DNA from: the human T2T-CHM13v2.0 reference genome, Homo sapiens
DNA length: 64,000 bases
Assembly (NCBI RefSeq): GCF_009914755.1
Contig: NC_060926.1
Strand: one strand, 5' to 3'
Numbering within the stretch: position 1 is the stretch's first letter; each line of letters opens with the position of its first letter. Below, piece after piece: positions 43,000-60,228 of this stretch. Made by a program: the position numbers and the translations under genes. The notes under the pieces were generated by a model. That model was not told the origin of the DNA, did no database searches, and worked only from the letters and a program-made list of their open reading frames with translations.

Positions 43000-43545
43000 T
43001 GATTGAATTATCTGGAGCCACACCTTGATATTCCTAACCTGAGCACCCTCATCCAACGAATGCTCCACCCAACTGGCTCCCAAGTCTCTACGGGGTTCCA
43101 GAGCAAAAGAATGTTTATACAACGCATATCTCCACCTCTTCTTCAAAGTCTTTTCGCTTACACGGGTAATTCTTAAACTGCCATGCATCAGGGTCAGGGG
43201 GAGGGCTTGTTACAACACAGATCTGTGGATCTCCGGGGTTTGAGGGTTGCAAGGATGCTGCTGGTGTCAAAACCACAACGTGGGAACCACAGAACCACTA
43301 GTTGGTTTTCAGTGTTTCAGTGCATTTAATTCATAATATATTTGGCCAAGAAAACTTGTAAGGTCTTAGATTGTCCCAAAGGTGGCGCATGAAATCCAAT
43401 CAGGAGAACAGTTTCCTACGAGGTGTAGCCTGGGAAAGTTGGGGGTGACTGGTGGAAAGGAGGAGTGAAGCTCCGCCCTTTCTGCTGCGAGGCTGCGCCC
43501 GAGGCTATTTAAACCCACCCTGGCAGGCCTGTACTCAGATCTTCG
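43000..43545 (+). promoter_or_regulatory. TATA/Inr Pol II promoter with upstream DUX4-type motif
   Basis: TGATTGAATTA 43000-43010 (= TAATTCAATCA); CCAATCA 43396-43402; GC box CTCCGCCC 43471-43478; TATTTAAA 43506-43513; Inr TCAGATC with A at 43537, 31 nt after the TATA T. Confidence 0.75.
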
Positions 43546-43661
43546 CAGAGCGGAGCAGCGGCCGGAGCGTTTGGCGGACTCTGCGTGGACTTGGAGCTCA
43601 CAGCGTCTTGCGACTTGGAAGCGGATTCAGAGGACAGGACAGAACACTTGGGCAAGTGAAT

Positions 43662-43740
43662 CTCTGTCTGTCTGTCTGTCTGTCTCATTGGTTGGCTTAT
43701 TTCCATTTTCTTAAGGAGCACATACCTCACACCACACACA

Positions 43741-43771
<31 letters not shown>
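43662..43771 (+). repeat. (TCTG)n and (CA)n microsatellites in the putative leader or intron
   Basis: tctgtctgtctg.. at 43663-43685; (CA)n at 43728-43771. Confidence 0.9.
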
Positions 43772-43832
43772 TCCTTCATTCTGCGGGTTAGAAAATTAGT
43801 GGGGGTCCCTGGGAGCTGCAGGTTTCCTAATC

Positions 43833-44909
43833 ATGTCTGCACCTAAGAACAGTAGGGTCTTGTCTGGCTCTTCTTATGAACGGTCCCCCAGCCCGGACTC
43901 CCCAAGATCCATGCTAGCCTCACCCAGCTTCTCCCTCTCCCCTCTCAGATACTCAGACTTAAGAGGAAGCTCCTCACCAGGGATCCGGAGCTACCATTCA
44001 CCATCCCCTAGGGCTTCACCACACTCACCTCTGTCATCACCAGTATCCCACAAGCTCCCATTTCCCTGTCCTCTCCGTGATGGGCAATCAATGAAGCCAT
44101 TGGGCTCTCCCGTGTCCTCCTCTGAGGATTCTTCAGAGTCACCACGTTCATCAATAATATACCACATGTTCCTACTGCCATCACCCAGCAGCTCACCCCC
44201 AGCTCTCGGGGAGTCTCCTGTGTCTCCCAGCTACTCTCCAAACAACCCCAGATTTCAGCTGGAGTCAGCCCTCCACACCCAGGAATCACCTACAAACTCA
44301 CGAGCCTCACGGTGCTCCTCCCCTATGTCTTTCAACTCTTCACCCCCAGGCCTCAGGGACTCTCCTGTGTCTCCCAGCTTCTCTCCAGCCTTCCCCAGAT
44401 TTCTGCCACAGTCAGCCCCAGGCACACAGGGGAACCCTGGACACTCACAGGCCTCACGAGACTATCTCCCTATGACCTGTATCTATACAGGGATGGCTCC
44501 CACGCATCCCTCAGTGACCCCAAACCCATCTCCACTTACACTCAGACACTCCCAGGGCCTGACAGCTACTCCCCGTTATTGTCCTTCAGTTCGAAGCCCT
44601 GGCCAATCTACCAGCCAACATGATGCAGCTACCTGGCCATTTCTCCACATTTCTGGTGAGGGCCCCACACCCAGCCGCAGAAAAGCCCCTCCTGCATTCC
44701 ATCCTCACACACAGGCCTGTCCATCCACTTGCTACTGTCACACTCTTGCCAGCAGAAGAGGCCCCTGTAATGGCCGATATCACCGCCCAGTCTATCCTCA
44801 CCCCACAGCTATGCAGCGGGACCCTCCTGCTGGCCCACGTGGCTGCCAGAGCCCATGCTGGCACTACACTCCAGCATGTCGGCGTCCCTGCGGGCCACAC
44901 TACCGGTGA
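43833..44909 (+). CDS. Uncharacterised 358-aa Ser/Pro-rich protein with Cys/His/Arg-rich C-terminus (may be a pseudogene copy)
   Basis: Longest non-L1 ORF; its ATG is the first AUG after the predicted TSS (A at -3); in-frame 147-bp internal duplication; I recognise no TE in it. Confidence 0.45.
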   Translation: MSAPKNSRVLSGSSYERSPSPDSPRSMLASPSFSLSPLRYSDLRGSSSPGIRSYHSPSPRASPHSPLSSPVSHKLPFPCPLRDGQSMKPLGSPVSSSEDSSESPRSSIIYHMFLLPSPSSSPPALGESPVSPSYSPNNPRFQLESALHTQESPTNSRASRCSSPMSFNSSPPGLRDSPVSPSFSPAFPRFLPQSAPGTQGNPGHSQASRDYLPMTCIYTGMAPTHPSVTPNPSPLTLRHSQGLTATPRYCPSVRSPGQSTSQHDAATWPFLHISGEGPTPSRRKAPPAFHPHTQACPSTCYCHTLASRRGPCNGRYHRPVYPHPTAMQRDPPAGPRGCQSPCWHYTPACRRPCGPHYR

Positions 44910-44952
44910 CATGGCTAGCATGACCCTCCTTCCTGGCAGTGACACTGCTGAT

Positions 44953-45202
<250 letters not shown>

Positions 45203-45939
45203 TTATAGCAGAAATAAATTTACCTCTATAATGACATAACTCACTCATTTGAGTTCACCGATTATTCTTAAAAGAAAAACAAAAACAACAAGGGGAGGGG
45301 GGCACGCTAGAATAAACTTCTGTTCCCGCTTCCAACAATTGTGTGCATCCTTCAAAACAGGGCTGCGTTGTTACAGCACAGATATAAACTCTGTTCAAGT
45401 AACCTATGAAATAAATTCCTTCACTATCCATCCTGCAGAATCTTTTTGTGGTTAACATTCATTCATTCATTTACTCTACTTCTTGAGAACCGAGCAAGAT
45501 ACTAGGGTTTTAAGATTAGGTTTCTGTACTGAAAGAGCTCACAATAAACTAGAGTGGGAAGTTTGCTGGATGTCCAAAATTACAACTTACGGCGACGGTA
45601 GGAACACGATTTTAAAGATAAAATGCATTGATCATCTTATTTTTAAATTTTATTCAGTTCAGATGTAAACATACCCATTTCCTGTTTTTATTTTTAAAGT
45701 TTTAATTTTAACTAATTCTAAAGTAATTTTTAACTAATCTTAGGGAAGACACACATGGTCCCCTAAATTGATTTAATATCCCAGCATGGTCCCCTAAAAT
45801 CAGTGCATTTTTCCTAATCCTTATAACTTTCAAAGTGATTGTCAAGTGTGGTTGGGCCATGAAATTCCTCCTTAGATGTCATTTGTTGAGTTAATTTTCT
45901 AGAGCATGATATGTCAAGACTTGATGAGGCTTGCACTGG

Positions 45940-46632
45940 ATGTTTTTTCTGTTGGCCCCTCTACATTTGTTCTTCACCTTCCCCACTCTGCTCTCTACCC
46001 AGAAAGGCTGGCCTCTAAAGACTTCCTTGCCTTCTGGCTTCTGGTTGGCTTTGGCTAATTGCAGGAAGTAAGGGAGCAGGAAAAGAAGGAAATTAGCACA
46101 GGGGTGTCCAATTTTTTGGCTTCTCTGGGCCACACTGGAAGAAGAATTGTCTTGGGCCACATATAAAATACACTAAAACTAATGATAGCTAATGAGCTAA
46201 AAAAAAAAAAAAATCACAAAAGTTTTAAGAAAGTTTGTGAGTTTGTGTTGGGCTACATTCAAAGCTGCCATGGGCTGTGTGCAGCCCTCCTGGCTGCAGA
46301 TTGGACAAGCTTGAATTAGTGTATTCATTTTTCTGGCTCTCTCCCTGCCAGGTCTCAGCTTGAGAATGTCTGGATTCCACTAAGGCCATAGTTTCTGTCA
46401 GATGGCCCAGAGCCTGTGGCTATGGATTTCCTCTCAGGTCCTGGTAACAACTACTTCCTTTGCCCTTTTAAGTCTACGGGTAGTAATGGCTTCCTACCAT
46501 TCAAGGAACCTAATTCCTTCCTAACACTTTCCCTTGTTGAGTTCCTTTAAACTTTCCCACATCTCTTAATGAAGTCTTCATTAAACTGTCTTTTAAATAC
46601 GTATCTATTTCCTACAGGGATTCTGAGGGATA
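45940..46632 (+). mobile_element. LTR33-like ERVL LTR interrupted by MER30
   Basis: tccttgccttctggcttctggttgg.tttggc.aat..; ctggtaac.actacttcctttgcccttttaagtcta.gggtagtaatggcttcc. Confidence 0.65.
46099..46313 (+). mobile_element. MER30 (hAT-Charlie MITE)
   Basis: CAGGGGTGTCCAA...TTGGACAAGCTTG ends; 8-bp TSD AATTAGCA / AATTAGTG. Confidence 0.92.
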
Positions 46633-46660
46633 GAAGGCTCCCAGTCAGAGTCCCAGCAAG

Positions 46661-46716
46661 AATATTTTAGAAAAGGGGGATACTAAGCAATATTTTAGAA
46701 AAGGGGGACACTAAGC
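46661..46716 (+). repeat. 28-bp tandem duplication
   Basis: aatattttagaaaaggggga(t/c)actaagc twice. Confidence 0.9.
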
Positions 46717-46799
46717 AAGCCTTGGAGAGGCTAGGCTTATGTTGCATAACAAACAACTCAAAAATCTTAGCAGTTTAACAAACAAAAGATTATTTATCA

Positions 46800-46952
46800 A
46801 CTGGGTAAGGTGGCTTGCGACTTTAGTTCCAGCTTCTCAGGAGACTGAGGCAGGAAGATTGCTAAGGCCAGAAGTTCAAGGCTGCAGTGAAGTATGATCA
46901 CACCACTGCACTACAGCCTGAATGAAAGAGCAAAACTCCATCTTTAAAAAAA
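46800..46952 (+). mobile_element. FRAM-like Alu monomer
   Basis: Single diverged monomer. Confidence 0.8.
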
Positions 46953-46954
46953 TA

Positions 46955-47130
46955 CATATGACATACAAAATATGTGTTAATTGACTGTTTATGTTATAGG
47001 TAAGGCTTCTGGTCAAGAACAGGCTATTAATAGCTAAATTTGGGGAGAGTCAAAAGCTATACACAGATTTTAGACTGCACAGGGCTCAGTACTCCTAATC
47101 CTTTCCACTCCCACTGAGCAAGGGCCAACC
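46955..47130. mobile_element. Tigger4/MER46-like fragment
   Basis: catacaaaatatgtgttaattgactgtttatgttat.ggtaaggcttctggtcaa. Confidence 0.75.
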
Positions 47131-47723
47131 GTGTATCTCTAATACTAGTTACAGATGAAAGGAGTGGAGAGAAGTGGGGGGAAGCAAAGAAAAGAAGATG
47201 GCTGAGAATTTTTTTTTTTTTTTTTGAAATTGATGAAATACTTGAATTCCTCAAACTGAAGAAGGGCACCGAAATCTGAAAAATTAAATTAAAATGAATA
47301 TATTGCTAGATATACCTATATCAAAATGAAACTCCAAATACTAAATTCAAAGGCAAAAATCTCAAAAGTAAAAACAAACAAAAAAACTACCATGAAATCA
47401 ACAACCAAAAAAAATGGAGTACCTACAAAAAAAATAGCAAAAATAAATGACTGAAAACAACAGAACAATATTTTTAATATTCTGAGGGAAAATAACCAAT
47501 AACCTAGAATGTAGTAGCTAGTTAAATTATCATACAAGAGTGAGAGAAAATATATTTTCAAAGTCAACAGAAGTTTACTATTCACTGATTTTCACTGAAA
47601 GAACTAATAAATGACGTATTTCAATAAGAAGGCAATAAAGTCCATATGCAAGAAACAATGGTGAGCAAAGAAATCAGTAATCATGTGTGTAAGTCTAACA
47701 TTGACTGAAAAAATCAATATAAT

Positions 47724-48017
<294 letters not shown>

Positions 48018-48207
48018 ATAAATATAATGATTAACCATGAGAGTTTCAAAAGCAAGATGGAACTGGAGAACAATAATATGGAAGATAGAAGAGAAGTTTA
48101 TTGGAGTTTTTAGCATCTTAAGTTTCCTGCTTAGGCAGAAATGAGAGAGATACTGATTAAATTTAGACATTGATACATTAAATATGCATATTAAAAATTC
48201 AAGTGCA

Positions 48208-48484
48208 AGCCAGGTTGAGGTGGGAGGATTGCTTGAGCCCAGGCGTTTGAGACTATCCTGGGCAACATAGCATGACCCCAGTCTTTACCAAAAAATACCA
48301 AAAACAAACAAACAAACAAAATTAGCCAGGCATGGTGGAGCACACCTGCAGTCTCAGCTACTCCGGAAGCTGAAGTGGAATGATCACTTGAGCCCAGGAG
48401 ACCAAGGCTGCAGTGAGCTATGATTGCACCACTGCACTCCAGCCTGGGTGAGAGAGTGGGACCTTGTATCTAGGATAAAATAAA
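48208..48484 (+). mobile_element. AluJ (internally deleted); its A-tail hosts the L1
   Basis: J diagnostics; L1 begins within its tail. Confidence 0.88.
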
Positions 48485-49484
48485 GTGGAGGAGGTTCCAA
48501 GATGGCTGAATAGGAACAGCTCCAGTCTACAGCTCCCAGCTTGAGTGACGCAGAAGATGGGTGATTTCTGCATTTCTAGCTGAGGCACCGGGTTCACCTC
48601 ACTGGGGCTTGTTGGACAGTGGGTGCAGCCCACGGAGAAGGGCAGGGCATCGCCTCACCAGGGAAGTGCAAAGGGTTGGGGAATTCCCTTTCCTAGCCAA
48701 GGGAAGCCGTGACAGATGTTACCTGGAAAATCGGGACACTCCCACCCTAATACCCTGCTTTTCCAACGGTCCTAACAGCACACCAGGAGATTATATCCCA
48801 CGCATGGCTTGGAGGGTCCTATGCCCAAGGAGCCTCACTCACTGCTAGCACAGCAGTCTGAGATCCAACTGCTAGGAGGCAGCGAGGCTGGGGGAGGGGC
48901 ATCTGCCATTGCTGAGGCTTGAGTAGGTAAACAAAGTGGCCCAGAAGCTCGAACTGGGTGGAGCCCACCGCAGCTCAAGGAGGCCTGCCTGCCTCTGTAA
49001 ACTCCACCTCTGGGGACAGGGCATAGCTGAACAAAAGGTAGCAGAAACTTCTGCAGACTTAAATGTCCCTGTCTGACAGCTTTGAAGAGAGTAGTGGTTC
49101 TCCCAGAACAGAGTCTGAGATCTGAGAATAGACAGACTGCCTCCTCAAGTGCGTCCCTGACCCCTGAGTAGCCTAACTGGGGGACACCTCCAAGTAGGGG
49201 CCGACTGACACCTCATACAGCTGGGTGCCCCTCTGAGACTAAGCTTCCAGAGGAAGGATAAGGCAGCAACATTTGCTGTTCTGCAATATTTGCTGTTCTG
49301 CAGCCTCTGCTGGTGATACCCAGGCAAACAGGGTCTGGAGTGGACCTCCAGCAAACTCCAACAGGCTTGCAGCTGAGGGTCCTGACTGTTAGAAGGAAAA
49401 CTAACAAACAGAAAGAACATCCACACCAAAACCCCATCTGTACATTACCATCATCAAAGACCAAAGGTAGATAAAACCACAAAG

Positions 49485-50508
49485 ATGGGGAGAAACCAGA
49501 GCAGAAAAGCTGAAAATTCTAAAATCAGAGCGCCTCTTCTCCTCCAAAGGAATGCAGTTCCTCGCCAGCAACGGAACAAAGCTGGATGGAGAATGACTTT
49601 GACAAGTTGAGAGAAGAAGGCTTCAGATGACTGGTAATAACAAACTTCTCTGAGCTAAAGGAGAATGTTCGAACCCATCGCAAAGCAGCTAAAAACCTTG
49701 AAAAAAGTTAGATGAATGGCTAGCTAGAATAACCAATGCAGAGAAGTCCTTAAATGACCTGATGGAGCTGAAAACCATGGCACGAGAACTACGTGATGAA
49801 TGCACAAGCTTCAGTAGCTGATTCGATCAAGTGGAAGAATGGGTATCAGTGATTGAAGATCAAAGGAATGAAATGAAGCGAGAAGAGAAGTTTAGAGAAA
49901 AAAGAGTAAAAATAAACTAACAAAGCCTCCAAGAAATATGGAACTATGTGAAAAGACCAAATCTACGTCTGATTGGAGTACCTGAAAGTGACGGGGAAAA
50001 TGGAACCAAGTTGGAAAACACTCTTCAGGATATTATCCAGGAGAACTTCCCCAACCTAGCAAGGCAGGCCAACATTCAAATTCATGGAATACAGAGAATG
50101 CCATAAAGATACTCCTCGAGGAGAGCAACTCCAAGACACATAACTGTCAGATTCACCAAAGTTGAAACAAAGGAAAAAATATTAAGGGCAGTCAGAGAGA
50201 ATGGTCGGGTTACCCACAAAGGGAAGCTCATCAGACTAACAGCTGATCTCTCAGCAGAAACTCTACAAGCCAGAAGAGAGTGGGGGTCAATATTCAACAT
50301 TCTTAAAGAAAAGAACTCTCAACCCAGAATTTCATATCCAGCCAAACTAAGCTTCATAAGTGAAGGAGAAATAAAATCCTCTACAGACAAGCAAATGCTG
50401 AGAGATTTTGTCACCACCAGGCCTGCCTTACAAGAGCTCCTGAAGGAAGCACTAAATATGGAAAGGAACAACTGGTACCAGCCACTGCAAAAACATGCCA
50501 AATTGTAA
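49485..50508 (+). pseudogene. L1 ORF1p, disrupted
   Basis: ATGGGGAGAAACCAGAGC..CATGCCAAATTGTAA; internal frameshifts and stops, no long ORF in the track. Confidence 0.9.
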
Positions 50509-50556
50509 AGACCACCGATGCTAGGAAGAAATTGCATCAACTAACGAGCAAAATAA

Positions 50557-54413
<3,857 letters not shown>

Positions 54414-54832
54414 ACAATGAGAACACTTGGACACAGGGGCCTGTTGTGGGGTGAGGGAGGGGGGAGGGATAGCATCAGGAGATATACCTAATGTAAATGA
54501 TGAGTTAAAGGGTAAGGCACACCAACATGGCACATGTATACATATGTAAGAAACCTGCACGTTGTGCACATGTATCTAGAACTTAAAGTATAATAAAAAA
54601 AGCATAAAATAAAATAAAATATTTAAGGGTAGCAACTTTAAAAAGATAAAATGTATCACTTACAAACTACATAAACTGATCTATAGATTATATGCAACAA
54701 TAATGACATAATGCTTATTAAGTATCTTACAAATATTAAGTCATTTAATCCTCACAACAACCCTACTATTATAACTGTCCCCATTCTGGCTCCAGAATTC
54801 AAGCTCTTAGTACCCTGGTAATAATTTATACA

Positions 54833-55429
54833 TAGTAGTCCTCACTTATTGGCAATTTTGTGACTAACCATGGTCTGAAAATATTAAGTGAAAATTTTCA
54901 GAAATAATTCTTAAGTTGGAAATCGTGTACCATTCTGAGTGGTGTGATGAAATCTCACACTGTCCCACTCAGTCTTACCCAGACAGGAATCACCCGTGTC
55001 CAGCGTCACCATGCTGTAAGCTGTTCATCACCTGTTCATTAGTCACTCAGCAGCCATACTGGCTATAGATGGACTGTTGTGGTATCACAGTGCTTATGTT
55101 CAAATAACTTTTATTTTATTTAATAATGGCCCCAAGATGCAAGAGTAGTGATGCTGGCAATTTGGCTATGCCAAGCAGAAGCCATCAAGTGCTCCTTTTA
55201 AGTGAAAAGATGAAAGTTCTCAACTTAACAAGGAAAGAAAGAAAATCATATGCTGAGGTTGCTGAGATCTACAATAAGAATGTATCTTCTATCTGTGATA
55301 TTGTGAAGAAGAAAAATGAAATTTGTGCATCATAGATGCACAAATATATATATATATGGCTTGGTATTATCTGAGGTTTCAGATATCCACTGGAACATAT
55401 CCCCCTTGGATAAGGTGGGGGGACCACTG
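54833..55429 (+). mobile_element. MER44 (Tigger7 deletion derivative)
   Basis: Ends (c/t)agtagtcc..cttat / ataagg..ggaccactg-TA; ORF 55126-55335 resembles the transposase N-terminal HTH. Confidence 0.9.
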
Positions 55430-55701
55430 TATGTCTTATGTGATTGCAAATGTAATAGATGACAATTTTTTTACACAGTTGGCAATAAAGAATGGTAAAT
55501 GTGACATGCAAAGTTAAACAAAAAGCTAACCATTTGTGTACATAACGGAAAGTCTTCACATTAAAAAAAAAAAAAAACAGGACTACAAGATGTTTGTACT
55601 TCTTGGTCATTGGTGAATGGCAGAATGGGGAGAGAGCAGAATGGGGAGAGGTAATGCATTCCTAAAACTTAAGTACCAGAAACTAGAAACAGATTCCATA
55701 A

Positions 55702-56017
<316 letters not shown>

Positions 56018-56623
56018 GATATGGACAATTTATTACATGAGAAAGGTGACATTGCAAATCAACAGGATAAAGACAAATTGCTTAATAAATGGAGGAACAG
56101 CTAGGTAGAAACCTCGAAAAATGTGAAGTTGGAGCCCTTATACTAAAATAAATTCTAGATCGCTGAAGGATTTAAATATGAAAGTCTTTGAAGAAGGAAG
56201 AGATGTTTTAAAAGTTTTACACTATAAAATGTTTTTCTGAATATACACAACCCAGAAGCAAAAGCAAAGCCATTAAATGTTTTTTGAAACTTTTATACAG
56301 CAAAAAATAGCACAAACAAATCTGGAGAGGGCTCCAGGTTTTCCCACCCACCACCTTAGCAGAGCAGCTCTGCATTTATCTGTTTTATATATTGGTGCCC
56401 TATGTAAGATTCCATTCGACAAAATGTTCCATTGCTAGAATAAGAGTGAGAATAAGAATAAGAAGTTAAACAGCGTTCTCTCTGTACACTGAGGACCAAA
56501 GTAGTAAATGACTTAAAGTCACAAAGGTAGCAGCATAAGGTTTCCAGACTTTTTGTGCTGCTTTTTTTTTTCTTTTTACTACCCTTTTGGGAAGATTAAA
56601 TGAAACATTGGACTAGCCATTGA

Positions 56624-56964
<341 letters not shown>

Positions 56965-57468
56965 TGGGGTTTTTAGTTTGTATAGTTCTTGGTAGTTTTG
57001 ATTGGTTTTAAATCTTTCTCATGTGTCCCATTATTATTTAATTACTTATTACAGCACTACAGAGTCCATATGCATGCAGGTTAGAAAAAAACTGAATAGA
57101 TTTAAAAATGTATATATAATATACATGATTTTTTAGAGTTATTTTTAAATTCCTCCAAGCATTTCAAAATTCATTAGAAACATTTTACCTACTAGTGAAA
57201 TCTGGCATAATGCATTGATGTCATCCAAATTTCCAAAGCATTTTATTATAAAGTGTCACCTTTGAAGCAATTCCATAGCATAGATACCATGGTTAGTATT
57301 ATAACTCAAGCAAGCCTTTTTGCATTCTAGTCTCATTAAAGTTGCTTTATGAAAAAATATATAAATGTATATATAAGATTTGATGTTGTATTATTATATT
57401 TAAATGTTTTTCAGTCGGAACAACTAATAGCTCAATTGCTCTTGTTAAGCATTCATGGCCCAATTATG

Positions 57469-57871
<403 letters not shown>

Positions 57872-58422
57872 TAATCAAGTTTTTTGTAGTCTCAGAATTA
57901 CCACTTTCACTCCTTTTGATTCAACAGCTGAGATTTTAAAAGCTACCATTTATCTGTAAAAAATTATTGTCATTTTGTGAATAAATACCAAATTGTCTCT
58001 ATGAATAGGTTCATTTTCACTCAATTGTTAGGAAATGACTGTTCTACAATAGCATCTTAAAGCATTAAGATTATTGCTTAATTTATTAAATTCACAATAA
58101 TTACATAAAGAAATCACAAAATGCTCAGAAAACTAATACAAAGATTAGAAAAGGTTTATAGTGAACTAGTCTACAAATTAAATAAGTTCATTATAAAAAT
58201 AGTCATACTCTAAAAATATGACTCTTTATAGACTCAGTATCATCCAACAAAGATGATCTTGTTGAAACTACCTCATTAGGGGCTAAGAAGCTTTTGAAGT
58301 TTAACTAGAGCAATATTCTCTGACACCTAACAAATTTCTGTTTAATCTTCATGTTTGTAAGTGGATCAAGTTTATTTTATAAAAAGTTTAGAAACTTTAT
58401 GTAAGTCCTAACCAATAAGTCA

Positions 58423-59069
<647 letters not shown>

Positions 59070-59113
59070 TCACTTAAAGTATTTTTAAGAGTAAAAATCC
59101 AGTTTGAGGATTT

Positions 59114-59352
59114 TATTTATTTATTTTTTGTTTTTTGGCTTTAAAGTATTTATTTTTAGTTTTGTAAATTATTTTTTTTTCTAACTTTTATTTTAGGTTC
59201 AAGGTGTACATGTGCAGATTTGTTACATGGGTAAATTGGGTGTTGAGAGGATTTGGTGTACTGATAATTTTGTCACCCAGATTATCAGCATAATACCCAA
59301 TAGGTAGTTTTTCAATCTCACCCTCCTTCCATCTTCAACACTCAAATTGGCC
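59114..59352 (-). mobile_element. 5'-truncated older L1PA 3' end
   Basis: aacttttattttaggttcaagg.gtacatgtgcag.tttgttacatgggtaaattg; 15-bp TSD ccagtttgaggattt. Confidence 0.9.
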
Positions 59353-59604
59353 CCAGTTTGAGGATTTCATGGAATTAAGAAAAATATTTTTTACTCCAAT
59401 TCTTAATGAGTGCAAAATTTTATGCAAACAGTAATTGAGCATGTTGAAGCAAAACCAAATGACAATACCATACTTATCTGAATCCTGGAATAAAAACCAG
59501 TTTGTTAAGTCATTCAGTAGTGATTTGATGTAGTTGTCTTAAGCAATAAGGCACATAAACAGTGTATCCAAGTGATCACTGATGTTAGTTCAAAAAAAGG
59601 TCTC

Positions 59605-60089
59605 CACGATGTATATGTGCCACATTTTCTTTATCCAGTCTTATCATTGATGGGCATTTGGATTGGTTCCAAGTCTTTGCTATTGTGACTAGTGCTGCAA
59701 TAAACATACATGTGCATGTGTCTTTATAGTAGAATGATTTATAATCCTTTGGGTATATACCCAGTAATGGGATTGCTGGGTCAAATGGTATTTCTGGTTC
59801 TAGATCCATGAGGAATCGCCACACTGTCTTCCACAATGATTGAACTAATTTACACTCCCACCAACAGTGTAAAACTGTTCCTATTTCTCCACATCTTCTC
59901 CAGAACCTGTTGTTTCCTGACTTTTTAATGATTGCCATTCTAACTGGCATGAGATGGTATCTCATTGTGGTTTTGATTTGCATTTCTCTAATGACCAGTG
60001 ATGATGTATAACTATGTAACAAACCTGCATGTTCAGCACATATATCCCAGAACTGAAAGTAAAATTTAAAAAAATATATATATATTTTT
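59605..60089 (+). mobile_element. L1PA7/8-like insertion with 5' inversion (twin priming)
   Basis: 59605-60005 is antisense L1; 60006-60075 is the sense 3' end with tail; TSD aaaaaaggtctc (59593-59604 / 60090-60101). Confidence 0.9.
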
Positions 60090-60096
60090 AAAAAAG

Positions 60097-60228
60097 GTCT
60101 CATGGTGGTGCGCTTCTGTAATCCCAGCTACTTGGGAGGCTGAGGCAGGAGGGTCACTTGAGACCAAGAGTTTAAGGCCAGAAGGGTAATATAACGAGTC
60201 CACCATCTCAAAATTTAAAAAAAAAGAA
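60097..60228 (+). mobile_element. FLAM monomer
   Basis: Single monomer with A-tail. Confidence 0.8.

Noticed and set aside
43833-44500. POLR2A CTD pseudogene as the origin of the SP-rich ORF
   Set aside because: No true YSPTSPS heptads or 21-bp periodicity; the visible period is 147 bp. The resemblance is compositional.
49271-49303. Short tandem repeat atttgctgttctgca in the L1 5'UTR
   Set aside because: As I recall, this near-duplication is part of older L1PA 5'UTR consensus sequences rather than locus-specific.
55126-55335. Domesticated Tigger/CENP-B-like gene
   Set aside because: Only the 69-aa N-terminal remnant carried by MER44 elements; no DDE domain.
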